A stretch of DNA of 64,000 nucleotides from Minisyncoccota bacterium. Lineage in GTDB: Bacteria; Patescibacteriota; Minisyncoccia; JAHIHE01; JAGLIN01. Of the stretch, positions 27,220 to 37,401 are shown piece by piece. The notes under the pieces were generated by a model. That model saw only the letters and a list, made by a program, of their open reading frames with translations. It had not been told where the DNA came from and did no database searches. Within the stretch, counting starts at the first letter, position 1. Every line of letters begins with the position of its first letter. The stretch is taken from NCBI GenBank assembly GCA_028690055.1, contig JAQVBZ010000001.1, positions 20,452-84,451 on the forward strand. The letters run 5' to 3'. The translations under genes were made by a program, and so were the position numbers.

Positions 27220-27301
27220 TACCGATGGTGGGAGTCGAACCCACAAGCCGTGAAGCACACGAACCTGAATCGTGCGTGTCTACCAGTTCCACCACATCGG
27301 C
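27220..27301 (-). tRNA. tRNA-Leu(CAG)
   Basis: Acceptor GCCGATG/CATCGGT, anticodon arm CACGA-TTCAGGT-TCGTG, long variable arm and GGTTCGACTCC; CCA not encoded. Confidence 0.95.
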
Positions 27302-27406
27302 TGAAATGACTAATGTCTAACTTATGACGATATACAAGGCTTACCCGGGTATTATAATCGGTTTTTTCCGTTTTGTATAGACCCGGACGTAGTCTATCCC
27401 CCCGAC

Positions 27407-27546
27407 TGTCATTTCGAAATGAGGCGCTACGATTGAGAAATCTGGGGATAGTAGAAAACGCTTATCATTATATTTATAAAAATAATGATATCTGCGCGTC
27501 ATATATTTCCCAGATTCCTCAGGCGAGTACGCCTTTCGGGATGACA
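27407..27546. repeat. ~140-bp TGTCAT-type REP doublet (family A)
   Basis: tgtcatttcgaaatgag...gaaatctggg ... cccagattcctcaggcgagtacgcctttcgggatgaca. Confidence 0.85.
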
Positions 27547-27586
27547 AAATCCCTAGGGTACGAAATAATATAAAAGAAAACCCTTG

Positions 27587-28786
27587 CTATTTCTCCTTTA
27601 TCAGCTGAAAAATATACTCCTTGCTTTTCTCCACGCCCGGTTGATTGAAGGGGGCTACGTCGCGGAGGATCGAGGAATAGAAAGCGGCGTATTGGAAGAA
27701 AGCTGTTAACATACCTGCCGAGGAAGGGGTCAATCTTTGTAATTCGAGGTGTATGGCCGGAATATTTTCTTCAATCGTATCCTTCCAAGTGCCTTCAAAC
27801 TCCGTATGGATGATATCGGACAGGCTCATCTTTTCGAGTTGTCCAAGCTCTATATTCCTGCACTTGATACTCTTTAGCTCTTCAGGCACCGTGAGAGAGA
27901 TATTGTCATCAAAGTCCTTGATTGTCATAAAAAATCCCACGGAGTTTCTCTTTCCTGAATTGAATCTTTGCAGGGTATGATGTTGATTTTCCGGGGCTTC
28001 GCCGCCATAAATCGTTTGTCCTTTGCCTCCTTTGCAGACGCTTTCGTGGAAAAGCTGAGTTATCAATTCAAAGTAACCGGTCAGTTTTTTTGAATATATC
28101 GATAAGAAGACTTCATCATAGCTCATTTTTTCCAACTTGTCAAGATGCATCGCCAGACGCAGTGCCGGATTGTTCGCAAATGGGGAATCCGGGGCGCATC
28201 GGGCGTACATGATTTGAGCTCCTCGGGCAATCTCTGTAGCGTCCATTCCCAGCATTGCTGCGGGAAATAAGGCGCATTCAGTGATGCCGGAAAAGCGGCC
28301 TGAGATTTCAGGATGGTTCAAGACGGGAACGTTTTCGCTGCGGGCAATTTCATAAAGGGCCCCTTTTTCTCCTGTTACAAAAACTGTGTCGTAATCGCGC
28401 AGTGCCAGATAATCGGCGATTGCGTTGATGCTTTCTCCGGATTTGCTGGTCACGATCAACAGTGTGTCTGTCGCTTCACACTTCCGCTTGATTTCGGAAA
28501 GGTAATCCGGATCGTCTGTGTCCAACAAAAAGACATTCTTGCCCTGTGTATCTAAACAGCTGGCAAAAGCGCGGATAGTCGAGATAGATCCACCGTTGCC
28601 TTCGATGATTATATTCTTTTTATCGGGGTATTTTTCGCTCAGCTCTTTCAGGGAGCTGAAGTCAGGAGAGTATGTAGCGAAGGAAGGAGTCTCCAATTTT
28701 ACGATTTTCTCTTCGCAGACTTTTATTTCTTCTTCGGTTAGCTTCGCTCGGGAAAAATCCAAATCCAAGAAATATTCTTCGCTCAT
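27587..28786 (-). CDS. pgi: Glucose-6-phosphate isomerase (short, divergent)
   Basis: GNGGS, SKSG, GRFS, QLFHES, QH and PFNQPGVEKSK; likely ATG start at 28786. Confidence 0.8.
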   Translation of the reverse strand: MSEEYFLDLDFSRAKLTEEEIKVCEEKIVKLETPSFATYSPDFSSLKELSEKYPDKKNIIIEGNGGSISTIRAFASCLDTQGKNVFLLDTDDPDYLSEIKRKCEATDTLLIVTSKSGESINAIADYLALRDYDTVFVTGEKGALYEIARSENVPVLNHPEISGRFSGITECALFPAAMLGMDATEIARGAQIMYARCAPDSPFANNPALRLAMHLDKLEKMSYDEVFLSIYSKKLTGYFELITQLFHESVCKGGKGQTIYGGEAPENQHHTLQRFNSGKRNSVGFFMTIKDFDDNISLTVPEELKSIKCRNIELGQLEKMSLSDIIHTEFEGTWKDTIEENIPAIHLELQRLTPSSAGMLTAFFQYAAFYSSILRDVAPFNQPGVEKSKEYIFQLIKEK

Positions 28787-28833
28787 AAGTGTGATAATTA
28801 ATATTTTAGCGGGGGCGAGTACTATGTGAATGT

Positions 28834-30432
28834 CTATTTCGCGATCAGTTTCGTGTCTACATACCAATCCTCTACGTTGTTGAAGCGGTCGGCGGGGGTG
28901 ATGATATTTTGTGCTCCCAATCCTTGGACTGACTTGTCTTGCAGGTAGATGTAGTCGGGGCTGTATAAGAAGATAGCTGGCACGTCTTCGACTAATAGGT
29001 TTTGGAATTCCTGATATTTTTGTGCGCGCAGTTCGGGATCGGTTTCCTTGCGTGCTTCCTCCAGTATCTTGTCCACGTCGGAATTATCATAAAGGGATAA
29101 GTTCAGTCCCGGGTCTTTTTTTTGCGAAGAGTGCCAGAAGGCGAATGGGTCCGGGTCATAGCTCAGGATTTGTCCGAACAGGATGGCCTGATAGGATCGG
29201 GTTTTGATGTAGTCCTCTTGGATATTGTCAGTAGTCTCGATTTTTACATCGGCGCCGATTTCTTTCCACATCGCTTGCAGCTCAATGGCAGTGACGGCGA
29301 TATCTGTCCAGCTGGTCGCTACCAGAGCGAAGGATAATTTTTCATCGCCCTTCTCACGGATACCGTCGTTGTCGCCGTCTACCCATCCCGCCTCGGTCAA
29401 GATGTTCTGCGCGTGTTCTTTGGCATAGTCATAGACTTTGGTATTGGGGTTGTATCCCAGGAGTTGGGGCGTGATGGGAGTGTCGATTTTTTGTCCTTCG
29501 CCTTTGAGTACGCTGGAGATAAGCTTGTCCTTATCAATCGCATACGAGAGCGCCAGTCTCACTGTCTTGTCGGCAAGCGCCTTGCTCTGGGTTTGATTGA
29601 AGAAGACCGCGTAATATCTCGGGATACTGAGGCGGTTCAGGTTCTTCTTCTCTATATCTACCACTTTGCCCAAGTTACTCGGAGAGATATAATTGATGCC
29701 CTTCACTTCCTTGCGGTTGAATGCGGAAATCGCATCATCTTCACTGGCATAAAATTTGAAGGTGATAGTTTTGATATATGGTTTTTGTCCGTAATAATCA
29801 TCGTTGACCCCCATCTCGATGGAGATAATTTTGCCGTTTTTATCTTTTTTGAAACTGTTCAACTTATACGGTCCGCTGCCGACTGGCTGGGAATTGAGTT
29901 CGCTCAGCGGGAATTCATTGCCCGCTACTTGCTCCCATAAATGTTGGGGGAGTATACCGAAAGTCAGACCGTTCAAAAACGGTGCGTAAGTATTTTTTAA
30001 AATGAAATTCACTGTATAATCATCTACTTTCTCCGCGCGCACCCCTTGCCAGTTGGCGATGAGCGGACTTTTGTAGCTGTCTTTTTGGATAGTTTTGATA
30101 GTGTAGATGATGTCGTCTGCCGTCAGCTTCTCGCCGTCATGCCAGAGGACATTCTGTTTGATATGAAAAGTATAGGTCAGCTTGTCCTCGCTTACTTCGT
30201 AGCTCTCTGCCACGTCGTTTTCGAGCCGCCCGTTTTCGTCGGTCTTAAGCAGACTGGAGAAGGTTAGTGTTACCAGATCGGCATCGACGTCATTGGTCTG
30301 GGAAAGGATAGGATTGATGAAATGGATCGTGCCTACTACCGCTTCCGTATATTTGCCACCGCGCTGTGCAACAACCATTGTATTATCGAAGTAATAGTTT
30401 ACACCGATATAGGCGCTGCTTGCGATCAACAA
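28834..30432 (-). CDS. Peptide ABC transporter substrate-binding protein (OppA/DppA family 5), membrane-anchored; true start uncertain
   Basis: WHDGEKLTADD, PVGSGPY and VRLALSYAIDK; the frame stays open upstream to 30528. Confidence 0.9.
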   Translation of the reverse strand: MLIASSAYIGVNYYFDNTMVVAQRGGKYTEAVVGTIHFINPILSQTNDVDADLVTLTFSSLLKTDENGRLENDVAESYEVSEDKLTYTFHIKQNVLWHDGEKLTADDIIYTIKTIQKDSYKSPLIANWQGVRAEKVDDYTVNFILKNTYAPFLNGLTFGILPQHLWEQVAGNEFPLSELNSQPVGSGPYKLNSFKKDKNGKIISIEMGVNDDYYGQKPYIKTITFKFYASEDDAISAFNRKEVKGINYISPSNLGKVVDIEKKNLNRLSIPRYYAVFFNQTQSKALADKTVRLALSYAIDKDKLISSVLKGEGQKIDTPITPQLLGYNPNTKVYDYAKEHAQNILTEAGWVDGDNDGIREKGDEKLSFALVATSWTDIAVTAIELQAMWKEIGADVKIETTDNIQEDYIKTRSYQAILFGQILSYDPDPFAFWHSSQKKDPGLNLSLYDNSDVDKILEEARKETDPELRAQKYQEFQNLLVEDVPAIFLYSPDYIYLQDKSVQGLGAQNIITPADRFNNVEDWYVDTKLIAK

Positions 30433-30555
30433 AAAGACAAGAGCATATAAGACTCGGCGCTCTTTATTACTCAGAACAGAAAAAATAGCTTTAAGTGTGG
30501 TTTTAAAACTTCGTTTGATATATTTTTCTTATGTATTTATGTGACGCGAAGGTCT

Positions 30556-30780
30556 TTAAATCCCTTGCATCAGTCTGTAAATCGCTATTCCCAGGAAAGC
30601 CACGGCAATAACGATGCTTGCTCGAAAAAGAAATTTGTCGAAACCGCGCTTGGTTTGATAGGAAGAGTTACCGCTGTCTCCACCGAAAGTCTCGCTCAGT
30701 CCCGTTCCTCTATTTTGCAACAGAATGGAAACGATAAGCAGGACGGCAATGACTGCTTGGGCTATGTCGATTTGATTCAT
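30556..30780 (-). CDS. secG: Preprotein translocase subunit SecG
   Basis: Two TM helices, ILLQNRGTGLSETFGG and TKRGFDKFL. Confidence 0.9.
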   Translation of the reverse strand: MNQIDIAQAVIAVLLIVSILLQNRGTGLSETFGGDSGNSSYQTKRGFDKFLFRASIVIAVAFLGIAIYRLMQGI

Positions 30781-30795
30781 ACAGGTTTTGTTATA

Positions 30796-31146
30796 TTATT
30801 TCTTAGAGAAAAATCCTATAAAGATATTGACGGCGCTTATTACCAGCATTGCCCAAAACGCGGCCCAGAATCCTTCGATTTGGATTGCCAGCAAAGCGTA
30901 ATCCAGCAAAAACAGCATAGCAACGTTTATCACGATTGTAAAGAGTCCGAAGGTCAGCAGAACAAATGGCAGGGATAGCAACTTCAGAAATGGTTTCACG
31001 AAGAAGTTGATGAGTCCGAGAACGAATCCGGCAGTTACCAGTGTTTGAAAATCATTTCCTAGCACGATGAAACCCGGAACGACTTGTCCTGCGATGTAGA
31101 TAGCCACCGCGTTGGTGAGTACACCGATGACGAGCGCGCTCAGCAT
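30796..31146 (-). CDS. 4-TM phage-holin-like (YvlD) membrane protein
   Basis: LGLINFFVKPFLKLLSLPFVLLTFGLFTIVIN signature. Confidence 0.88.
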   Translation of the reverse strand: MLSALVIGVLTNAVAIYIAGQVVPGFIVLGNDFQTLVTAGFVLGLINFFVKPFLKLLSLPFVLLTFGLFTIVINVAMLFLLDYALLAIQIEGFWAAFWAMLVISAVNIFIGFFSKK

Positions 31147-31374
31147 AGTTTTATATTATGGAATTTAATCAGTCTATAATGATAAATTATCACAATTCGC
31201 CGATTCTGTCCATTTATTCAAGGATGCTCCGGTTATCAAGACCTTGTCCTTTTTTCTGTCGTTTTTTCGAAAAGCATGGTCTTTACAAAATCGATAATAT
31301 GTGCTAACTATGTAATATAGTCAATTAAGAGAATGGCCTCTTAGCTTTTTTGTTTATTTGTAATTTTCATAAAT

Positions 31375-33840
31375 ATGAAAAAAAACCTGTTCGCGGTGGC
31401 GGTAATGGCCGGTGTCGGTCTGTTCGCTCTCTGTTCTCCGGTCTCGGCTTCAATTTCCGAATGTGACTACTCGAAAACTTATGACGATGTCAAGACTCTT
31501 TATGTCGCTCGCGATGGCAGCGGAGATTACAATTGTGACGGTACTGATGATGAAGTGGAAATCAACGCAGCTTTTCAGGCGGTTAAAAATAGCGGCGGAG
31601 CGTATGACTCTGTTTTTTTGAAATCCGGAACTTACATTGTCGGTACCAAAATCAATATGGTGACCAATTCGGTTTTTGAGGGGGACAAGGATGCAATTCT
31701 CAAACTGAAAGATCAGGCAGACTGGGAGGTTAATGTGCCGATGATCGGCTCTACAGATATACATACTGACAATGTAGAAATAAAATGTTTCGAGGCGGAT
31801 ATGAATTATGATGGTAACTATTCAACCGATGCTTATAGCTGCCTGGCGGGCTGGGGTGATGAATGCGTTGCGGGCGATTTTACCTGCTGTGAGGCTTACA
31901 GTACTTTCCGCACCACAGGCAAGGGATACTACAACGTGGCCGGTTTCACTTACGGAAAAAATTACTCGATGCACGATATGTATCTGCACGATGGATTGGG
32001 AGACGGACTTAATATTTTGCATAGTAGCAGTGTAAAATTTTATGACAATTTGATTTACAAGATGGGGCACGAAGGATTGTACGTGAAATATTCGGATATT
32101 GCCGAAGCATTCGGTAATGTGATTACCAATCGTACCAATTCGGGTCTGCGCGCGGATGATACCAATCATGTTTCTTTCCATGATAATGACATCACAGCTT
32201 TTGATCATTGGAGCGCCGGGGGGCCGGGCATCGAAATCGTTAAAGATGACAGGTTCGTGACTCAGATGAATGATATCCAGATTTACAACAATTATATCCA
32301 CGGCACTTACGGTCCTGGTATCTGGATTATTGCCAGTGGCACTAATCATACTGCGGCGGATCTTGCAGCAAATATCCATCACAATATTTTCTCTGGAACG
32401 GGTATCAATCCTACCATCAATTGGACGGCGGGGATTCTGACTTCCGGTTTCTATAACCTTACGGTAGAGAATAATGTTTTTGATAAAGTTTATAATGGTA
32501 CCTTACTTGTGTCGAATGCAATTGCGACACCTCCTGCCTCGTCAGGGTATGTGATAACTTTTCGCAATAATACCATTACCGGTACTCAGCCCCAGCGCAA
32601 CACCACGAGTAACGGTTATGGTATTATCAATCTGCTTTCCGGCACACACACGGTGAATTCCGAGAATAATTGTTTCTATGATAATTATGCGGGAGATTAT
32701 TACGGTAACGTGAACAGTGTGGATGATATTCATACCGATCCGCTTTATGCCGACGCTGCTGATCAAGATTACCACCTGCAGTCTGCCTGGGGCAGATGGA
32801 ATGGTTCATCTTGGGTGAAAGACGCGGAGACTTCTCCTTGCATCGATGCGGGATACGCTGCTTCCGATTATTCTCTTGAACCTGAATCCAACGGTGGCAG
32901 GATAAATATCGGCCGCTACGGCAACACCGTCGAAGCCAGTCTTTCTTTCACACCTGTTTTAATCCCTGTGGCTACGACCTACGACCTTACGATAAATGGA
33001 GGATCCGGTTCCGGTTCATATGTGGAAGGTCAAAACGTAGTTATTATCGCTGATGCTTCAGCTACAGGCAAAGTATTTGACAAATGGATAGGCGACACGA
33101 CTTATGTTTCAAATGCAACTGCTGCTATCGCTAATGTGACAATGCCGGCAGACGGCGTCTCTCTGACTGCAACTTATAAAGATGTTTATTACAATCTTAC
33201 TGTTGATGGTGGTACCGGTTCAGGATCGTATATTTACGGCCAGCAAATCAGTGTTACTGCTGATGCTCCGAGTGCCGGAAAATTATTCGACAAATGGACG
33301 GGAGATATTTCTTATATCACCAGCGCCATTTCAGCCGCTACCACTGTGACGATGCCGACAGGCGCCGCCTTTCTTACCGCGACTTACAAGGATGCTCCGG
33401 TTACGACCTACGACCTTACGGTCAGTGGCGGTTCGGGCTCCGGGTCTTATGTTTCAGGAACCAAAGTGACCATTACGGCTGCTACTATTACGGGCAAAGT
33501 GTTTGTCGGATGGATAGGAAGCACTTCTTATCTTTCCAGTACCACTGCTGCGACCGCTACGGTGATTATGCCGGCTAAGGCGATTACGTTGACCGCCACC
33601 TACAAAACGGCTTACTACCTCACTATTTACAACGGTTCCGGTTCCGGATGGTACGCTGCCGGTACTAAGGTGACTATCGCTGCCAATGCTCCGGCAGTGA
33701 GGCAAGTTTTCTATAGATGGACAGGCAGCACCAGCTACGTGGCGAGGATCACTTCCGCCACCACTACGGTTACTATGCCGAGTAAATCCATCTCTCTTAC
33801 TGCGACTTATAGTACTTCAAGGTCTTGGTATTATAGATAA
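31375..33840 (+). CDS. Secreted right-handed beta-helix protein (disaggregatase-related-like head) with 4 InlB-B-like repeats
   Basis: Signal peptide; YVARDGSGDYNCDGTDDEVEIN, MYLHDGLGDG, YKMGHEG and DYHLQSAWGRW...SPCIDAG...EPESNGGRINIGRYGNT; four stalk repeats. Confidence 0.8.
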   Translation: MKKNLFAVAVMAGVGLFALCSPVSASISECDYSKTYDDVKTLYVARDGSGDYNCDGTDDEVEINAAFQAVKNSGGAYDSVFLKSGTYIVGTKINMVTNSVFEGDKDAILKLKDQADWEVNVPMIGSTDIHTDNVEIKCFEADMNYDGNYSTDAYSCLAGWGDECVAGDFTCCEAYSTFRTTGKGYYNVAGFTYGKNYSMHDMYLHDGLGDGLNILHSSSVKFYDNLIYKMGHEGLYVKYSDIAEAFGNVITNRTNSGLRADDTNHVSFHDNDITAFDHWSAGGPGIEIVKDDRFVTQMNDIQIYNNYIHGTYGPGIWIIASGTNHTAADLAANIHHNIFSGTGINPTINWTAGILTSGFYNLTVENNVFDKVYNGTLLVSNAIATPPASSGYVITFRNNTITGTQPQRNTTSNGYGIINLLSGTHTVNSENNCFYDNYAGDYYGNVNSVDDIHTDPLYADAADQDYHLQSAWGRWNGSSWVKDAETSPCIDAGYAASDYSLEPESNGGRINIGRYGNTVEASLSFTPVLIPVATTYDLTINGGSGSGSYVEGQNVVIIADASATGKVFDKWIGDTTYVSNATAAIANVTMPADGVSLTATYKDVYYNLTVDGGTGSGSYIYGQQISVTADAPSAGKLFDKWTGDISYITSAISAATTVTMPTGAAFLTATYKDAPVTTYDLTVSGGSGSGSYVSGTKVTITAATITGKVFVGWIGSTSYLSSTTAATATVIMPAKAITLTATYKTAYYLTIYNGSGSGWYAAGTKVTIAANAPAVRQVFYRWTGSTSYVARITSATTTVTMPSKSISLTATYSTSRSWYYR

Positions 33841-33874
33841 TAAGTAGCTTCTGATTCCTTAGTTTCTTAAAGAG

Positions 33875-33898
33875 GACCGGTCGAAAGGCCGGTTTTTT
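33875..33898 (+). terminator. Intrinsic terminator
   Basis: gaccggtc-gaaa-ggccggtttttt. Confidence 0.75.
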
Positions 33899-34167
33899 GC
33901 TTGGGGCCATGCCAGAAATGGCATGAACCACACAAAGAGAACTTTTTATTATGCCGATATGTCTTTATCTCACATCTCCCTTTGCCATATTTTCCACATC
34001 ATCTCTGACGTGATTCGAAATACAAAGCTGGAATGTAATGATCTGAAATACCTGAGCTCAGGTCTCAAGTCCCCGCCCCCTTGATTTCTTCATTAAAGTG
34101 TGATAAAATCACAAATATTTCAGGCACATAATACATTGTTAATATTTTATTAAATCGTCTGCAACCT

Positions 34168-36996
34168 ATGGATACAAAAAAAATTTCTATAAGAGGCGCG
34201 AGAGTGCACAATTTAAAAAACGTAAGCGTGGATATTCCGCGTGGAAAGCTGGTGGTGGCCACTGGTCCATCGGGCAGCGGGAAGTCGTCGCTTTTTTTTG
34301 ACACGATTTATGCCGAAGGGCAGAGACGGTATTTGGAGAATATTTCCGACTATCCCAAGCAGTTTCTGAATATTCTGAGCAAGCCGGACGTGGATCAGCT
34401 GGAGGGGTTGTCGCCGGCTATTTCCATCGGGGAAAAAACTTCCGCTCGTTCGCCGCGTTCGACCGTGGGGACAATGACGGAAATCTATGACTATATGCGG
34501 GTCCTCTTTTCGGTCGAGGGCAAGGCGCACTGTGCGAATTGCGGGGGAAGTCTCGAGAAACATTCTTCGGGCAAAGTGGCTGATTGGGTGATGTCGCTGC
34601 CCAAAGACGCACGTGTTTTTATTATGGCTCCGATTATAGTGGGTGAAGGAAATGCAGCCGATTTGATACGCAAATATGGGAAGATGGGATATCAGCGGAT
34701 CCGCATCGGCGACGAGGTGATGGAGCTCAAAAATTTTTCTTGGCCCAAGAACCTCGACCAGATTGACAAGTTTGATCTTATAATCGACCGGTTCAAATTC
34801 AAAGAGAAGGAAGTCAGTTATTCGGGCGTGTTGGATTCTATTGAGACAGCCTTCGGCATCTCGGGAGGGTTTGCGATTGTTAACTATTATTCCCTCAAGC
34901 AGGACATCGAGCGGGAAGAATTTTTTTCCGACCATCTCTACTGTCAGAAATGTGCCACGGGCTTCCAGGAAATAGAGCCTAAACTTTTTTCTTTCAATAA
35001 TCCTTACGGTGCCTGTCCTCATTGCACGGGACTCGGAGTGAAACTGGAAATAGATTCCAGCCTGGTGATTCCGAATCGCGCGCTTACTTTGGCGGAGGGG
35101 GCGCTCCGTCCGTGGGCAAATTTACTTAATAAGTGGGACGAATATATCGATACGCTCAAATCTATCGAGAAGAAATATCACATACCGATCGATATTCCGG
35201 TGGACAAGATGAAAGAGAAAGACATACTCTTTGTTCTCTTCGGTGAGAAACGGGAGAGGGGGGACGCCTGTGAAAAGCGCCCGGATAAGGATGCGACAAA
35301 CGAGTACCCGGGCGCGGTCGGTATCTTGGAGCAGAAATATTATGAGACGAATTCCGATTATATCCGCACGGAATTGGAGAAATATATGGTCCGCAAGATC
35401 TGTCCGGCCTGTGGTGGCGATCGACTCAACAAGAATGCTTTGGCGGTGGGAATAGAAGGCAAATCCATCAGTGATTTGACGCGACTCAATGTCAAGGAAG
35501 AGATTGCGTTCCTTGCCGCTTTGCGTGGCAAACTGAACCCGAAGTCTCAGACGGTGGCGGAAGAAATTATGAAGCGGCTGGCATTCTTGGAAGAAATCGG
35601 TTTGAATTATCTTTCGTTGATGCGTTCTTCCGAGACTGTATCTGCGGGTGAGGCGCGGCGGGTAAAATTGGCTACGCAACTTAGTTCTTGTCTGCAGGGT
35701 ATAACCTATATCCTTGACGAACCTTCTATCGGATTACACCGTAAGGATGATGGTAAGCTTTTGACTTCAATGCGGAAATTGCGTGATTTGGGGAATTCAG
35801 TTCTTATCGTTGAGCACGATGATTATTTCATCCGCAATGCGGACTTCATCATCGATATGGGACCGAAGTCGGGTGAGGCGGGCGGAGAGATTATCGCAGT
35901 GGGTACGCCGGAAGAGATTATGAAATCGGACTGCGTGACCGGTCAATATCTCTCGGGCAGAAAGAAAATAGAACCGCAGAAGCATTTGCGTAAGGGCAGT
36001 GGTAAATTCATCACTATCGAGCATGCGACTGAACACAATCTAAAAGATGTAAGCGTCAAGATTCCGTTGGGGAAATTCGTTTGTGTAACAGGTGTTTCGG
36101 GTTCGGGAAAATCTACGCTCATCAACGATATCCTTGCCAAAGCACTCGCCAAAAAACTCCATCGCGCGCAGGCAGAGCCGGGCAAGTGCAAGAAAATTGA
36201 TGGCATCAAGAACGTGAGTAAAGCGATCTGTATCGACCAGTCGCCGATCGGGCGCACTCCGCGCAGCAACCCGGCAACTTACACTGGTATCTTCACTCAT
36301 ATCCGTGAACTATTTGCCGATACCGTGCAGTCGAGAAATAAAAAATTCAAAGCCGGGCATTTCAGCTTCAATGTGAAAGGCGGACGTTGTGAAAATTGTA
36401 AAGGAGACGGCGCTACCAAGCTGGAGATGTATTTTCTTCCCGATGCTTACGTCGAATGCGAACAGTGTCATGGCAAGAGGTACAATAGTGAGACTCTCGA
36501 GGTGGAGTACAAGGGAATAGACATTGCCGCTGTGTTGGATATGAGCGTAGATCAGGCGCTGAAATTTTTCTCCGACGTGCCGGCGCTTTTCCACAAGCTC
36601 TCTGTTTTGAGTGATGTCGGTCTGGGGTATATGCGTTTGGGTCAGAGCGCCACTACACTTTCCGGTGGGGAGGCCCAGCGCATCAAGCTGGCGACAGAGT
36701 TGGCGCGCCCGGTCAAAGAGGGTAAGACGATTTATATCCTCGACGAGCCGACGGTTGGCTTGCATTTCGACGACACCAAAAAGCTTCTCAGTGTGCTTTC
36801 CAAGCTGGCGGACCGTGAGAATACAGTGTTGGTGATCGAGCACAACATGGAAGTCATCAAGTGCGCCGATTGGATTATTGATTTGGGACCCGATGGCGGC
36901 GACCAGGGAGGGGAAGTTCTTTTCGAAGGCACGCCTAAAGATATCAAAAAATGCAAACGCAGTTATACGGGGAAGTATTTGAAGGAAGTTTTGTAG
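34168..36996 (+). CDS. uvrA: Excinuclease ABC subunit A
   Basis: GARVHNLKN, two Walker A motifs ([18 protein letters not shown]), zinc fingers and [12 protein letters not shown]. Confidence 0.96.
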   Translation: MDTKKISIRGARVHNLKNVSVDIPRGKLVVATGPSGSGKSSLFFDTIYAEGQRRYLENISDYPKQFLNILSKPDVDQLEGLSPAISIGEKTSARSPRSTVGTMTEIYDYMRVLFSVEGKAHCANCGGSLEKHSSGKVADWVMSLPKDARVFIMAPIIVGEGNAADLIRKYGKMGYQRIRIGDEVMELKNFSWPKNLDQIDKFDLIIDRFKFKEKEVSYSGVLDSIETAFGISGGFAIVNYYSLKQDIEREEFFSDHLYCQKCATGFQEIEPKLFSFNNPYGACPHCTGLGVKLEIDSSLVIPNRALTLAEGALRPWANLLNKWDEYIDTLKSIEKKYHIPIDIPVDKMKEKDILFVLFGEKRERGDACEKRPDKDATNEYPGAVGILEQKYYETNSDYIRTELEKYMVRKICPACGGDRLNKNALAVGIEGKSISDLTRLNVKEEIAFLAALRGKLNPKSQTVAEEIMKRLAFLEEIGLNYLSLMRSSETVSAGEARRVKLATQLSSCLQGITYILDEPSIGLHRKDDGKLLTSMRKLRDLGNSVLIVEHDDYFIRNADFIIDMGPKSGEAGGEIIAVGTPEEIMKSDCVTGQYLSGRKKIEPQKHLRKGSGKFITIEHATEHNLKDVSVKIPLGKFVCVTGVSGSGKSTLINDILAKALAKKLHRAQAEPGKCKKIDGIKNVSKAICIDQSPIGRTPRSNPATYTGIFTHIRELFADTVQSRNKKFKAGHFSFNVKGGRCENCKGDGATKLEMYFLPDAYVECEQCHGKRYNSETLEVEYKGIDIAAVLDMSVDQALKFFSDVPALFHKLSVLSDVGLGYMRLGQSATTLSGGEAQRIKLATELARPVKEGKTIYILDEPTVGLHFDDTKKLLSVLSKLADRENTVLVIEHNMEVIKCADWIIDLGPDGGDQGGEVLFEGTPKDIKKCKRSYTGKYLKEVL

Positions 36997-37012
36997 GAGG
37001 CTATCGCGTTTC

Positions 37013-37348
37013 GTAGGGGCACAATATCTTGTGCTCCTTTTGGTTATACGAAAGATAACGTGGAGTAGCGGGATTCATCCTGCGCTGCTATCCCAAGCCA
37101 TAAAGTCATTGCATATATTCTTCCTGTCCGCATTGGACAACCGCGCAGACTGAAGTTCTCTACTTTGTGTATTTTTGCTACCGGGTCTAAAATGACGTAT
37201 TTCTTAACTATATGCTAAAATGATGGTATATGAACATATTATGGAGTAGCGGGATTCATCCCGCGCTGCTGTCCTAAGCCTTTAAATCCTACGCCATCGC
37301 GCATTCCATTCGCATCGGACAACTGCGCAGGTTAAAACCTGCTACTTC
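37013..37348. repeat. REP cluster: one family C and two tandem family B doublets (37062-37164, 37243-37348)
   Basis: gtaggggcacaatatcttgtgctcc, then two ggagtagcgggattcatcc...gcgcag...ctact units. Confidence 0.88.
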
Positions 37349-37401
37349 GTGTATTTTCGCCGCTGAATTAAAATTCGGTTAACCATTATAAAACTATTCC
37401 A

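Noticed and set aside
30796-31146. Prophage suggested by the holin-like gene
   Set aside because: This 4-TM family is common on chromosomes and no other phage genes are nearby.
6249-33840. Diversity-generating retroelement template/variable repeat pair in the two repeat proteins
   Set aside because: Differences between repeats are not adenine-specific and no reverse transcriptase is present.
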